Shown here piece by piece: positions 1 to 11,611 of a stretch of 64,000 nt of DNA (position 1 is the stretch's first letter; every line of letters begins with the position of its first letter). The DNA is from Hypanus sabinus (Eukaryota): contig NC_082731.1 of assembly GCF_030144855.1 (NCBI RefSeq), forward strand, positions 21,948,001 to 22,012,000, written 5' to 3'. A model generated the notes under the pieces. The model did no database searches. It was not told the origin of the DNA and saw nothing but the letters and a program-made list of their open reading frames with translations. Made by a program: the position numbers and the translations under genes.

Positions 1-1725
1 ACATGAGCTAACCTCAAATCCTCCGGCACCTCACCCGTAGGTTACGACATTTTTAAAATTCGATTTTTAAAATCGACGCAAGGGGCGGACAGTGAAGAAG
101 TAAAGGCATCTCAGTGAGAAACTGTTTTTCAACTGATCGGGAAAAAGAGGCTAGACTGCGCAGACGCCTGACTTCGCACGCTAAAGGTATTTTTCTTTTT
201 TAAAAAGCCCGCCATTTAGAGTGGCCATCCTCGTAGCGGTCATCGTCGGAGTGGACTGAGTCAGAGTTAGAGTTTTGTCTCAAAGGATAGGTTTCGGTAA
301 ATGTTGTTTTGTCTGTTTAGAGTAGAGAGAATGCCAGATAGGATGTTGCAATGCTCCTTTTACAGAATATAGGAAGTCAGGGAGACCTCCGGTGTCCCTG
401 GCAATGACACCTGAAAGAAGTGCATCCAGCTGCAGCTCCTAACAAACCGCCTTAGGGATCAGGAGCAGGAACTGGTTGACCTCCAGCTCATGCGGGACCA
501 TGAAGAGTTTATATATAGTAACTACATGGAGGCTGCGACGCCAACGAGGAGCAGCACACAGGTAAATGGTTTACCATCAGGCGAGACAAGGGGAAAGGGC
601 AGGCATAGCAGTTCTCCCCTGTGGCCATTTACCTCAACAACAAGAATACCGTGTTGGATACAGTTGTGTGAATGACATACATGGGACAAGCTGCGGTAGC
701 CGTATTTCTGGCACTGGGTCTAGTTCTGCAGTGAAAAAGGGATCAGTGTATAACAGGAAACCGGTAATGGTAGGGGACTGAAAGTTAACAGTACAGAGAG
801 AAGGTTCTGTGTTCACGACAGAGACTCCTGGATGGTTTGTTGCTTCCCGTGTGTAGGGTCAGGGAAGTTTCTGATCGCATGCACAGCGTTCTAATATCGG
901 ATGGTATGCAAACAGATCTCCCGGTACACATTGGTACCAATCACGTAGGAAGAATGAGTGAGGACTTCCTGAAGATTGAGCATAGAGTACTTAGTTGGAA
1001 GATAAATAGCACTACCTCCAGGGTGGTAATTTCAGGATTTCTAGCTGTGCCACGTGCAAAGAGGTTAGGAATAGGGTGCTTTGTAGGATGAACACGTGGC
1101 CGAGGCACTGTTGAATGGGGTAAAGTTTGAGATTACAGGATCATTGGGACCTCTTCCTGGGCAGGTGGGACCTGTACAGGAGGGAAGGGTTACACCTGAA
1201 TTGCAGGGGGACTAATTTCCTTGCAGGATGGTTTGTTAGTTCTGTTGGGTGCATTGGGGTTTTAAACTTGATTTGCACGGGGATGGGACAAATAATGCAG
1301 AGATACTGTAGCGGGGGTGAAGATAAATGATTTTAAAGTTTCATGTAAAGCCACAACCAGATATTTTGTGTGTAATAATCTTCTGAGGTATGTGTATTTC
1401 AAAGCAAGGCGTGCTGTGGGGAATGCTGCCGAGCTCAGAGCGTGGATTGACACATGGAATTATGTCATTGTAGCCATTAGTGCAATTTGGCTACAGGAGG
1501 GGCTGGACTGGCAGCTTATTGTTCCAGAGTTCAGATGTTTCCGACCTGCTGGAAGTAGAGGGATTAAGAGAGAGAGGCTGTGGCAGTGCTAGTCAGGGAA
1601 AATGTTACAGCATTGCTCAGGCAGTACAGATTAGAGGGTTTGCCTACCGAGACCATATAGTGGAGTTGAGAAACATGAAAGGAATGACCACATTAATGAG
1701 TTGTGTTATAGACCACCCAATAGAT
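1..1725 (+). mobile_element. Decayed CR1-type LINE, 5' part (UTR/ORF1 and start of ORF2 endonuclease)
   Basis: ORF 1317-1592 reads YVYFKARRAVGNAAELRAWIDTWNYVIVAISAIWLQEG, matching the CR1 APE N-terminus (CxYFNARS...ELxAW..YD.VAI.ETW). Multiple stops and frameshifts. Boundaries approximate. Confidence 0.8.
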
Positions 1726-2329
1726 TGTAGATTATTTTTAATCAGAGAATACAATTCTAGACTGAAATTCGGACGTTGTCCTTCCTTTCACGAAGAACCC
1801 CCCGAACGCATGCAATGATACTTCCTCATCTAATCATTACGTACGCAGAAATGTTGCTGTTTTAATTCATGAATTCTACACTTCCTCGCCAGAAAACCAG
1901 AGTTTTCGGTGAAATGTACCTTTCTTCTGTGCTTTTCCGTTTCGCATTTGAGAAATACGGTTGTTCTTAGGCAGACTCTCTTATAAAACCATTTTGAAAC
2001 AAAATACCAGAAATTAAAATGAATTATCCGTCAACTTCAGCATGCAATTTCAAAGCCGCGTTCCAGGACCCGGAGAAATGCATCGCATTCTGCATTTTTT
2101 TGTCGTCCCCAAAGGCATAAAGCGCATTAAAAACGTATTCAGTCAGCAATACTTTGTTCAGATAAACTGATATTACAACCAGGAAGGTGGAAAAATGTAA
2201 CGAGAAGAAAGAGGGAAAAAACACACACACAAGAGTTATCTGCAGATGTTAGTAATCGAGGCCACTCTTACAAAATTCTGGAATAACTTTTTAGGCAAAA
2301 CAGCATATATGGAAACAAAAAATACAGTT

Positions 2330-2420
2330 GACCTGTCGAGCCGAAACCTCGAACGTACTTTGTTTCCATGGATGCTGTCTAGCCTGCTCAGCTCCTCTAG
2401 CATTTTGAGTGTGTAGCAGA
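2330..2420 (+). repeat. Short interspersed repeat fragment, probably Penelope-derived
   Basis: gagccgaaacctcgaac...gatgctgtctagcctgctcagctcctctagcattttgagtgtg resembles a common chondrichthyan short repeat. Recognised from memory, not by search. Confidence 0.4.
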
Positions 2421-2584
2421 GAGTGACTGTTGATTGATTTTCGTTTACTTGTTTGCATTCCTTCTGACTCGGATGCTCCTTTCTTCACATCATATCCACA
2501 AGGAACAATGAAAAAACCAATAATTTAATTGTCAGCGAACAGAATTCATCCACATTTGCTTAATTTATATAAGCATGAATTTAT

Positions 2585-5378
2585 ACCTGGAAATATGATG
2601 TTGTAGCAATTAGTGAAACATGGTTTCCAGACTAACATGGAAACTAAATATTCCTGGATTTCGTTGCTTCAGGTGTGATAGAATCGAAGAGACAAGAGGG
2701 GGAGGAGTTTCACTGCTTGTCAGAGAAAATATTACTGCGGTGCACTGGCAGGATAGATTAGAGAGCTCGTCTAGGGAGTCTATTTGGTTGGAATTGATGA
2801 ATGGGAAATGTGTAGTAACACTGTTAGGAGTGTATTATAGACCACCTAATGGTTAGAGAGAATTGGAGGAGCAAATGTGTAAGGAGTTAGTAGATATTTG
2901 CACTATGCGCAGGGTTGTGATTGTGAGAGGTATTCATTTTTCACTCATATACTGGGAAGGCTAAAATATAAAATGGCTGGATGGATTGGAGTTTGTAAAA
3001 TGCGCGCAGGATAGTTTTTTTTTGCAGCAATGCTTAGAGGTACCAAGTAGAGAACGGGTAGTGTTGGATCCCCTGTTAGAGAATGAGATTGGACAGGTGA
3101 CGGAGGTATGTGTTGGGGAACACATTGGGACCAGTGATCACAAAGCCATCAGTTTCAGTATAATTATGGAGAATAATTGTACTGGACCCAGGGATGAGAT
3201 TTTTGATTGGAGAAAGGCTAACTCTGAGGAGATGCGCAATGATTCGGAAGAATTGGACTGGAACAATTTGCTTTATGGGAAGAATGTAACAGAGAAATAG
3301 AGGTCATTTAAAGTTGAAGTGTTGAGGATATAGGATCATTATGTTCCTGTTAGAATGAAAGGAAATGTTGAAAGTTTGAGTACGCCATGGTTTTCAAGAG
3401 ATATTGGAAACATTGTTCGGAAAAAAAGAGAAAGATCTACAGTACATTTTGGCAGCATGGAGTAAATGAGGTGCTCGAGGAATAAAACAAATATAAAAAG
3501 AATCTTAGGAAAGAAAGTAGAAAAGCTAAAACAAGGTAGGAGGTTGTTTTGGAAAGTAAGGTGAATGTAAATCCAAAGGGTTTCTACAGCTATATTAATA
3601 GCAAAAAGATAGTGAGGGAAAAATTTGGTCCATTAGATAATCGGAGTGGACAACTATATGTGGAGCCAAAAGAGATGGGGGAGATTTTGAACAATTTGCG
3701 TTCTTCGGTATTCACTAAGAAGAAGGATATTGAATTGCGTACGTTGAGGGAAATAAGTAAGGAAGTAATGGAAACTATGATGATTAAAGAGGAGGAATGT
3801 TGGCGCTTTTAATGAGTATAAAATTGGATAAAACTCTGTGTCCTGGCAGGATATTCCATAGGAATTGAGGGAAGGTATTGTAGTAACAGCAGGGGCTCTG
3901 ACAAAAATATTTTAAAATGTTATTAGAAACATTAGAAACGGTATCGGATGATTAACGTATTGCTCATGTTGTTCTTTTGTTTAAATAAGTGTTCTAAGAG
4001 CAAACGTAGCTACTATAGGCCTGTAGGTTTGACGTCAGAGGTGGGTAAATCAATGGAAATATTCTTAGAGATGGTATATAAAATTATCAGGATAGACAGT
4101 GTCTGATTAGGAACAGTAAACAAGGATTTGTGCGTGGAAGTTCGTGTCTGACAAATCTTATTCATTTTTTGAAGAGGCTACGGGGAAAGTTGACGAGGGT
4201 AAGCACTGGATGTTGTCTCTATGGACTTCATTACGGCGTTTTATTCGTTTCCGCACGGAAGGTTAGTTAGGAAGATTCAATCTTTAGATTTTAATATTTA
4301 AGTAGTAAAATGGATTGAACAGCGGCTGGATGGGAGATGTCAGGGAGTAGTGGTGGATAACTGTTCGTCAGTTTGGAGGTCGGTAACTATAGGCGTACCT
4401 AAGGGATCTGTACTGGGTCCAATGATGTTTGTTAAATAGAATAGTGATCTTGATGATGGGGTTGTAAATTGGATTAGTAAGGATGCAGATAATACTAAGA
4501 TATGTGGCGTTGTGGATAATCAAGCAGATTTTCAAAGCTGGCGGAGACGCTTAGGCCAGTTAGAAGAGTGGACTGAAAGATGGCCGATGGAATTTAATGC
4601 TGATAAGCGTGAGGTGCTACATTTTAGTAGGACTAATCAAAACAGGACAAACATGGTAAGTGGTAGGGCATTGATGGATACAGTAGAACACAGTGATCCA
4701 GGAACAATGGTGCATAGTTCACTAAAGATGGAATCTCATGCGGATAGGGTGGTGAAGAAAGCTTTTGGTATGCTGACCTTCATCAATCAGAGCATTGACT
4801 ATTGGAGTTGGGACGTATTGTTAACATCGGAGTAATTTGGAGTATTTGTACAGTTCTGGTGATCGAATTATAGGAATGATGTGAATAAAATGGAGTGAGT
4901 ACAGAGGAGATTTACTACAATGTTACCTTGGTTTCAGCACCTAAGCTATAGAGAAAGCTTGAACAAGGTTCTTTATTCTTTGGAGCGTAGAAGGTTCATG
5001 GGAACTTGATAGAGGTATTTAAAACTATGAGGCGGATAGATGGTGTTGACGTTCATAGGCTTTTTCCATTGTGAGTAGGGGAGATTCAAACAAGAGGACA
5101 TGTTGAGAGTTAGGGGGCTAAAGTTTTGTGGTAATAGGAGGGGGAGTTTTTTTTACTCAGAGCGTGGTAGCTGTGTGGAACGATATTCCAGTAGAAGTGG
5201 TAGAAGCAGGTTCGATTTTGTAATTAAAAGTAAAATTGGATAGGTATATGGGTAAGAAATGAATAGCGGGTAATGGGCCGATTGCAGGTCGGTTAGAATA
5301 GGTGGAAGTAAGCGTTCGCACGCACTAGAAGGGCCGAGATGGCCTGTTTCCGTGTTGTTATTGCTATATGGTTATATA
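2585..5378 (+). mobile_element. Decayed CR1-type LINE ORF2 (APE to RT to 3' tail), 5'-truncated
   Basis: YDVVAISETW start, GVYYRPPNG (2620-2856), GTSDHKAISF (2986-3300), KVNVNPKGFYSYI (3549-3812), WPMEFNADKREVLHF (4512-4835), and a 3' tail gggccgagatggcctgtttcc...ctatatggttatat. Confidence 0.9.
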
Positions 5379-5469
5379 AGCAGCCGGGAACCTTTTTGAT
5401 TAAGTCTACATTCACATTTTATAACGTGATGAAGTACGATGTTCCTATTCGTTTTAAAAAACATTGCTC

Positions 5470-5750
5470 AAGTTCTGTACTTGACAGTGAAAGGAGTGCT
5501 GCAGGGTGTTTTGTGTTACTACTCTGCATAGGATCGCTGCCTCCCTGCCGGTTAAGCATTCTAGCGGAGGCTCGGAGGCTTTTGTTCCGGATCTTCTGTA
5601 TTCAGTAGCATCCACCGTCACGTTAATTCAGTCCAGGTTTTCAGTACCCTCTGCTGGCAATCTTCCCCATACCATTGTATTACTTCTGCCATACCTTATA
5701 CTAGCTCTGGTTTTGCCAAGTTGATGAGCAGTATGAGATTTAAACCACAT
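5470..5750 (-). pseudogene. Possible highly decayed V-segment relic
   Basis: One frame reads VWGRLPAEG...RSGTKAS...EAAILC with one stop. It is followed by CACCCTG (5502-5508), a 23-bp spacer and ACAGAACTT (5470-5478). The W-to-C distance is only 48 codons. Confidence 0.3.
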
Positions 5751-6074
5751 GTAACATAAAAGCTATTCAAACCGCCACTTATAATGTACCATATAAATCT
5801 GTAAAAAAAGGTTGTTGTCGTATAAGACTAAAGTGATACACATTGTCTTAATGCTGTTGAACTTGTGTTGAAGGTAGCATTCGTCAAGAGTGGATGAATT
5901 TATTTCTGTTATTGTACTTTGCGTAGCACAAAAATTACATTTTTGTTTCCAGTGTTTTCCACAAAGCCGCATTGTTCTTTACTGATTTCTAATTCTGTAC
6001 AGTGTCTTGCTCTCAAGGATCTGTATAATTGCTGCCACGTGGCTTATCGAGCTTATTGTACGATGTAACTTGCA

Positions 6075-7325
6075 TTCCAGATATTAATAAAGAACAATAC
6101 GACTTTGTGGAAAACACTGGAAACAGACATGCAATTTTCCTGCTACTGATGATCTGTGAACTAGCCATCCAGGTATAAAAATATATCTATCTCTGTTTCA
6201 TCGAGTATATAAAAGGTTTTTTACAGTATCACACACGAAGATCTCCTGGAAACGCTTTAAGATCTTGACATAGATGGGAAAATACACGTTTCTAAGAAAA
6301 TTATATTGTTTCCAGTCAACATCCCTCAGAATAGAAGGAGAAGTGAGTGACTATGTCAATATCATGAGAAGGGTCAGGCCAGGTTGTCTCTTTTAACCCG
6401 ACTTATTCAACCTGTATAGTCAAAATATCTTGAGAAGTATCAAAGGCATCAAAACACTCACAATTGGAGGACATAATATAAATAACATCAGGTTGTCTGA
6501 TTCTGTCGGGTTAAGGTGGGACTCAAGTGCAGACCAATGAATGCTCTTTTATCAGGATTTATTAGGGAGCACAAAAGAAACAGTCTTTCAAAAAAAGGCA
6601 TAAATCCGAAATGGCAGGCAGAGGTCTTACCCAGGAAAGGCAGTCCTGCGAGGGCCGAAGATCCAAGGCGCACAGGCAAAAATCAGGTCCCAGAACAGGC
6701 AAAATCCAAAAACACAGAATCAGGCAAAATCGGATTGCAGCAGTGGTAATGACAGGCTAGAACGACGCAGGTCAGAGCTGGGGCGAACTGGCAGAGAATG
6801 CGAGTAAAGGCAGGGTTTCAATGGACAGAGCAATGAGCGAAAATATAACCAGTTGGGTACAAGTGAGGAGGCAAGCAGGTAATTGGAGAAAGTCCAAAAA
6901 GTAAGGGGGCTGGGCTAAAACCATCATGGCCAAGTGAAAGAAAGCAGAAATTAAAGACAGTCGTGGTCCAGAGCTACCAGCTGAGGCCCTTCGACCCAAT
7001 GTTCAGGCCGGATCCTTAACAGAGATATGCCGAAGACATCTTACTGATAGCTGACTCGAAAACAAACTTCAAGAACTGCTCAATATACTGGCAGCAAAAA
7101 GTGATCGCAATCAACAGTCTCAATCAACTCCAGAAAGACAAACATCAAGATCGTAAATACAAACTTCAAACAAGTCAACAAATTCTGATAAAGTGTCAGC
7201 CAAATAAGAAGTGATAGCAGGCGCAACACAGATATAGAATGCAGATCAGCAATGGCGAAGGAAACTTTCCAGGAATTGAAGAACATATTAACGGACAGGA
7301 GGATGAGCAAATCTAGAGGAAGTTC
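6075..7325 (+). mobile_element. RTE-type LINE reverse-transcriptase fragment, split by a solo LTR
   Basis: Decayed matches to HAIFLL.MICE, RVRPGCL..PDLFNLYS and GGHNINNI (to 6490), resuming with RYAEDILLIADS (YADD motif) at about 7023. Confidence 0.8.
6494..7021. mobile_element. Solo LTR-like insertion (528 bp)
   Basis: TGT...ACA termini. Flanks caggt and gagat are each one mismatch from the RTE target cagat, consistent with a 5-bp TSD. Confidence 0.6.
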
Positions 7326-8039
7326 TCGGCTTACGTACTGCAAAAGGCTAGCCAGCTAGCTACACATCGAGGAAATGGAAGTCATTCAAAGAACGAGGTA
7401 TAGATATGTATGGAAAACCATTGTCACCCACGTAGGTATCGGATACGGTAACTAGACAGACAATTTTTGAGTGTCAATGCTTTGCAAATTTCCCTTTGTT
7501 GTCGAAATAAAAGCAGGATGTGAATCACTAATGAAAATCTTCATTAAAGTTGGTTAAAATTCCCTGGATCTAGTTCTGCTTTCTGTGAGCAATCTGTTGG
7601 GCCGAAATACTTTGAAAATCTGTACTGAATTTATACTGGACACTGTGCGGCAGTGTTTGTATTATCGTGCTCTCTTTGCTGACTTAATCCTTACATACTA
7701 AAGCACAGCTCGACATCACGGGGAACTTCTACCGCTAGAATATTGGAGAAGCAGCAAGTTTATGAATATAAACTGACGCCAGTGCTGTGGAAATCGAAAC
7801 CGCGACAAAGGCGGGATAAAGTAGCAACTCGATTATCTGAAATTGAGCATTATTGCCCCTGTGCAGCATGATACACGACAAGAAATAATGGAGGAGGTAA
7901 GGAACTGCGATGCACAGTTAATAGAAATTAAATATATTCGTTTGTATATAAACATGCAGGACGACGGTTACTGAGCTAAAGGTCGCTAAATGTGATCTTG
8001 TTTATCCTACAAAACTGCTGGTGTGATTTGGAGAGTAGC

Positions 8040-8352
8040 GGGATGTGAATGATACAGTGATATCAGAATACTGAATGGAAATGAAATTCCGCGCATTAAG
8101 GTTTTTGTTTGAACAGCTTATACTTAGTGTTGCGAGTTGCTTAAATCTGCCATCTGTGATAACTTGTGTTGATTCGGTAAGTGCAACATCTGGTATGGAG
8201 ACTTCTAAGCATAGATTTTTCTCCGTCTCCAACGTGCTGTATAGGCCAGAAGAGAGCTCTACCATCGATTTAATTCAGTGTTCGAGTTCCTTTTTTACAG
8301 TCATTACTTCGGAACGATGCTGGTATATTGGCTCATTGACAAAAGATGCGGC
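8040..8352 (-). pseudogene. Decayed TCR V exon relic
   Basis: Phase-1 acceptor tag|GC at 8353/8352, then an in-frame KGTRTLN* and ALFWPIQHVGDG (FR2-like). A shifted frame gives DGRF..ATLSIS. No usable RSS; 3' boundary uncertain. Confidence 0.45.
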
Positions 8353-9254
8353 CTAGTCGCATTGAAAATCCGGGAACTTTGGAAGCGAATGAAACCCACA
8401 AATTAAACCAACGTGAAGAATTTAACGTGGAACATCAACATTCCTTTGTGTATCAACCGGAATGAAAATTATATGTCTGCTTATAAACGTATAGGAACAC
8501 ATGGCATGGATTTATTATGCTAATGATTCAAATAGGATACGGGTAAGGAAGTAGATACTGGTAGAAGATAACACTGGCTATGATTACACGATTTAAAAAA
8601 AAATATATATTTTAAGTTCTGCAGAGGGAATTTCTCTGCAAATCTGTTGGATCCAGTTCTCTCTTTCCTCATATTTATGTGTATTTTCCTTCTCTTCTTG
8701 TTCATCACTCTCCGCTTACTTCTCACTCAAACTCTCATAACTCCTCTGCCCATTTCCCCTCTGTATTTTTCACCAATGACGCATTATTCTCTTCACTATT
8801 TTAATACTTTAGTAAAATAATTTATTGTACCTCTATCTCTCACTATTACTTTCCCGCTCTTTATCTCCTTGATTCCAGGGAGAACAATCCCCCAGGGCGC
8901 TTCCAAAAGTTTCTGTTCCGTTATTTTCATCCTAGGATCATGTGTGGCATACCATGCGAAAATCGCGATAGATCAATATCAAATGATATCTCTATCACGT
9001 TGGCTTGATAACTTCATAAAATATAATACTTTATGCTCAGTACGGGATTGTTCAGCAGCAAAAGTTAGTAGTTTAGGATCAGAGAGTCGCTGCAGAGGAG
9101 GCACTTTAAATGCGCGTAGGATTTCACTGTTGCAGCCGTACGCCTCCGAATAGACAATGTTTAAAATGTTTTCGCTGAAAACTCAGATGAACAGTCGGCT
9201 CTGCGCATTTCATTTTATCCATACAATTGCGTCGTTTACCTACTGATCTTTGCA

Positions 9255-9746
9255 ATTGATGTTCCATTTCTTTGCAGAGATTTGCACAGTGTGGTTCTTA
9301 AGGCACAGAACTACCAGGTAGAATTAAGCATATTTAAATGAATTCCATGCATTAGGCTCCGATAGACAGCAGAAAACCTGTCAGGGGACTGAGTCGGATG
9401 AACTCTTGAACCAGAGATGAACCCTTCGGCAGATTGCTGGAATCCTCTACAAGATGCTGAGTTACCCAGAATATGACCTTAGCTACAAATAAAAATAAGT
9501 AACTGTAGGGAACTGTAGTTCATTGTTATAGTTTATCCTTGTTCAGTGGTGAGCTCATGAGGATAATGAAACTGATTCATTGCCATTGGCTCCTGAAAAG
9601 AAGCACATCCACTATCAGCAATCTAGATGAGAGTGGACGTGATACCCTGCACATCAGTCAGTTAAGCAGAGATTACCCTGGGAAAAAAAAAGGAACAAAT
9701 ATCAGTAAAAGAAAGATATAATTATTTGATGAATGACTAGAATCAT
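9255..9746 (-). pseudogene. TCR V pseudogene with leader, intron, V exon and decayed RSS
   Basis: Leader ATG at 9746 to CAGG|GTAATC (70 nt, phase 1, internal TGA). Acceptor ttttcag|GA at 9592. Fragments LTTEQG*TITMN and PDRFSA, end NSTW*FCALR, then CACACTG (9287-9293), 23 bp and a poor nonamer AACATCAAT. Confidence 0.75.
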
Positions 9747-10759
9747 ACCGGGACAACCACGAAGGTCTCGATTGCGGTTGTGCTTCTTTTTCTACATGCT
9801 TGGGGAATAAGTAATCAGTGCAAAGTTTAACCTATTTGAAGGAAGCAGAGTTCGTTACACGTTGCGTAACTCGTCGGAGGGTCTCTGCTGTCACAACGTG
9901 AACACATTGCTTTTTCTGAAATTTGATCTGATTGGATCTGACGCTCTGATTGCAATTTAAGCTGACTCTTCGCATTACAGTGACTTTGTGGCGATAGGAT
10001 CTTCTGTCATGAGAAGGCAGTACTCCCACGCAATCGGCTGGCATCGCATAATTGACCTCGTTATTGGTCTTCTATAGCTACTGCCTGAATATATTATGTT
10101 AAATTTCTTTATTTAAATAACGTTTCTTTACCTGTTGATTTGTCTCAAACAGAGAGTTTCGAATAGTCTCATAGCAAACAGCTTGCCTTCTCAATAAAAA
10201 ACACATTGGAATGTCGCAAGCCATAGGACCATTACGGTTAACACAGTGCTCCTTGGAGCCTGATTTCCAACAATGGTTATCAGCATTGATGTCCTCAAAA
10301 GTAGAAGCCCCTAGTACCATTCAGTTAATCTTGAGGAAGAAGCATTGTTTGAAAATCGCTTATCTTAATGCAAATTCCACTACCCTTCCCCTGAAAAATG
10401 GAAAAACAAAGTTATAGCCTTTAATTATACAACGAACAAGCAAGTCTTTCCATTTTGCAAAGAGAACGGGAACAACCGTCAAAACAGTTTACTGACAATA
10501 CTGGGTCGAGAGATCTGTTAATTTTAAGAATCCAATCTTTTGGACAAAACTTTGCGGACGAAAGGGAATGTAACTCATTTCCAACAGGCACAACTCCAGT
10601 TATCTCGCCCTTCTGCCCCGGTACCGGAAAAGACAGACGGAGAACGGTTCCAAGTCACCACAACATGGCTGACAGAAAATTGTAAATAGAAGGTCATACA
10701 GCCAAAACATGACAAGAAAATGTGCCATGTTAATCATTCAAATAACCACATGTTAACAG

Positions 10760-10762
<3 letters not shown>

Positions 10763-10836
<74 letters not shown>
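10763..10836 (+). repeat. (GT)n microsatellite
   Basis: Uninterrupted GT run. Confidence 0.99.
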
Positions 10837-10837
<1 letters not shown>

Positions 10838-10884
10838 TAGGACTGTGTATGCGCGAGCTCATCTTTAACTCCTGGTGCTCAGAT

Positions 10885-11070
10885 CATTCTGATATCTTGG
10901 ACGTGTCTTGGGTATGTCTTCGGCATCGGAAACCTGGCAGAGACCATCCTTCTCCAGGCTTTTTCTTTAACCAGGTCGAGTTGTCAGGAGAGCGGGAAAG
11001 GAGGTTCCCGGTATCGAACATGACATATCTTGTCCCGAATTCGAGCGCTGATACCACTACGCCACCAGAC
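10885..11070 (-). mobile_element. tRNA-derived SINE head
   Basis: Pol III A-box TGGCGTAGTGG (11054-11064) and B-box GTTCGATAC (11011-11019) at tRNA-like spacing. No full cloverleaf or CCA end seen. Confidence 0.6.
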
Positions 11071-11274
11071 GGCACTTGCATGAGTAGGCTTTAGAATCCT
11101 GAAGGATGAGGCATTTCAAGGATTGACTTCATAACAGAGACCTGGCTTCTCTTCGTGGAACGCTGAATGTAAGAAACGCATTTTCCAAAAGAAAATTTCC
11201 GGTAGTTTCAGTCTCTTGGAAGATATGTCTGATCGGCTGCAGTGCAAACTTTGCCGACCAACTCATTTATTTCG

Positions 11275-11611
11275 ATTTTTTCTTCCAATCTGCTGCATTG
11301 CTGATGAAATGTGGGATTCATTACAAAGAAAAAGCTTAGCAGATGAGTTTGTGAAAGGTACCGAATGGTTTATTTCCTATAAATAGCATAAAATCTGTCA
11401 ATAAATTCTGGTGACCGATCTGAGGGCAGGCTATTTATTTATTCAGCAATAAATCGGAAGTCTCAACCTTGTCCGGTGTACCGAAAACACAGTCTGTGGA
11501 CTGAACTTCAGACTAAGTCTTCTTTAGTTTTACAGATCAGTTCTTAAATCGTTAGTTCAGACTAACACTTGGAAATACACATCTCTCCTTTAACATTGGT
11601 GCCAGAGTCTT
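11275..11611 (-). pseudogene. Decayed TCR V exon relic with RSS-like end
   Basis: 298 nt from acceptor tttttagcag| to CACATTT (11307-11313), 23 bp, AGAAAAAAT (11275-11283). In-frame CFRYTGQG and SDRSPEFIDRFYA (compare EDRADFAKTRL of the 17-kb V). End SAKLFLCNES. Several stops; no clear leader. Confidence 0.55.

Noticed and set aside
7641-7647. Perfect heptamer CACAGTG on the minus strand
   Set aside because: No nonamer at 12 or 23 bp and no YYC-type V end upstream.
8100-8108. Perfect nonamer (GGTTTTTGT / ACAAAAACC)
   Set aside because: No heptamer at 12 or 23 bp; it lies inside the decayed V exon relic.
9285-9312. Plus-strand CACAGTG-12-CACAGAACT read as a J-type RSS
   Set aside because: The adjacent sequence has no FGxG. 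The bases are better explained as the FCALR/CACACTG end of the minus-strand V pseudogene.
10884-11081. ORF containing TWLKKKPGEG, resembling V FR2
   Set aside because: No cysteines at V positions, and the region carries Pol III A/B boxes, so it is better read as a SINE.
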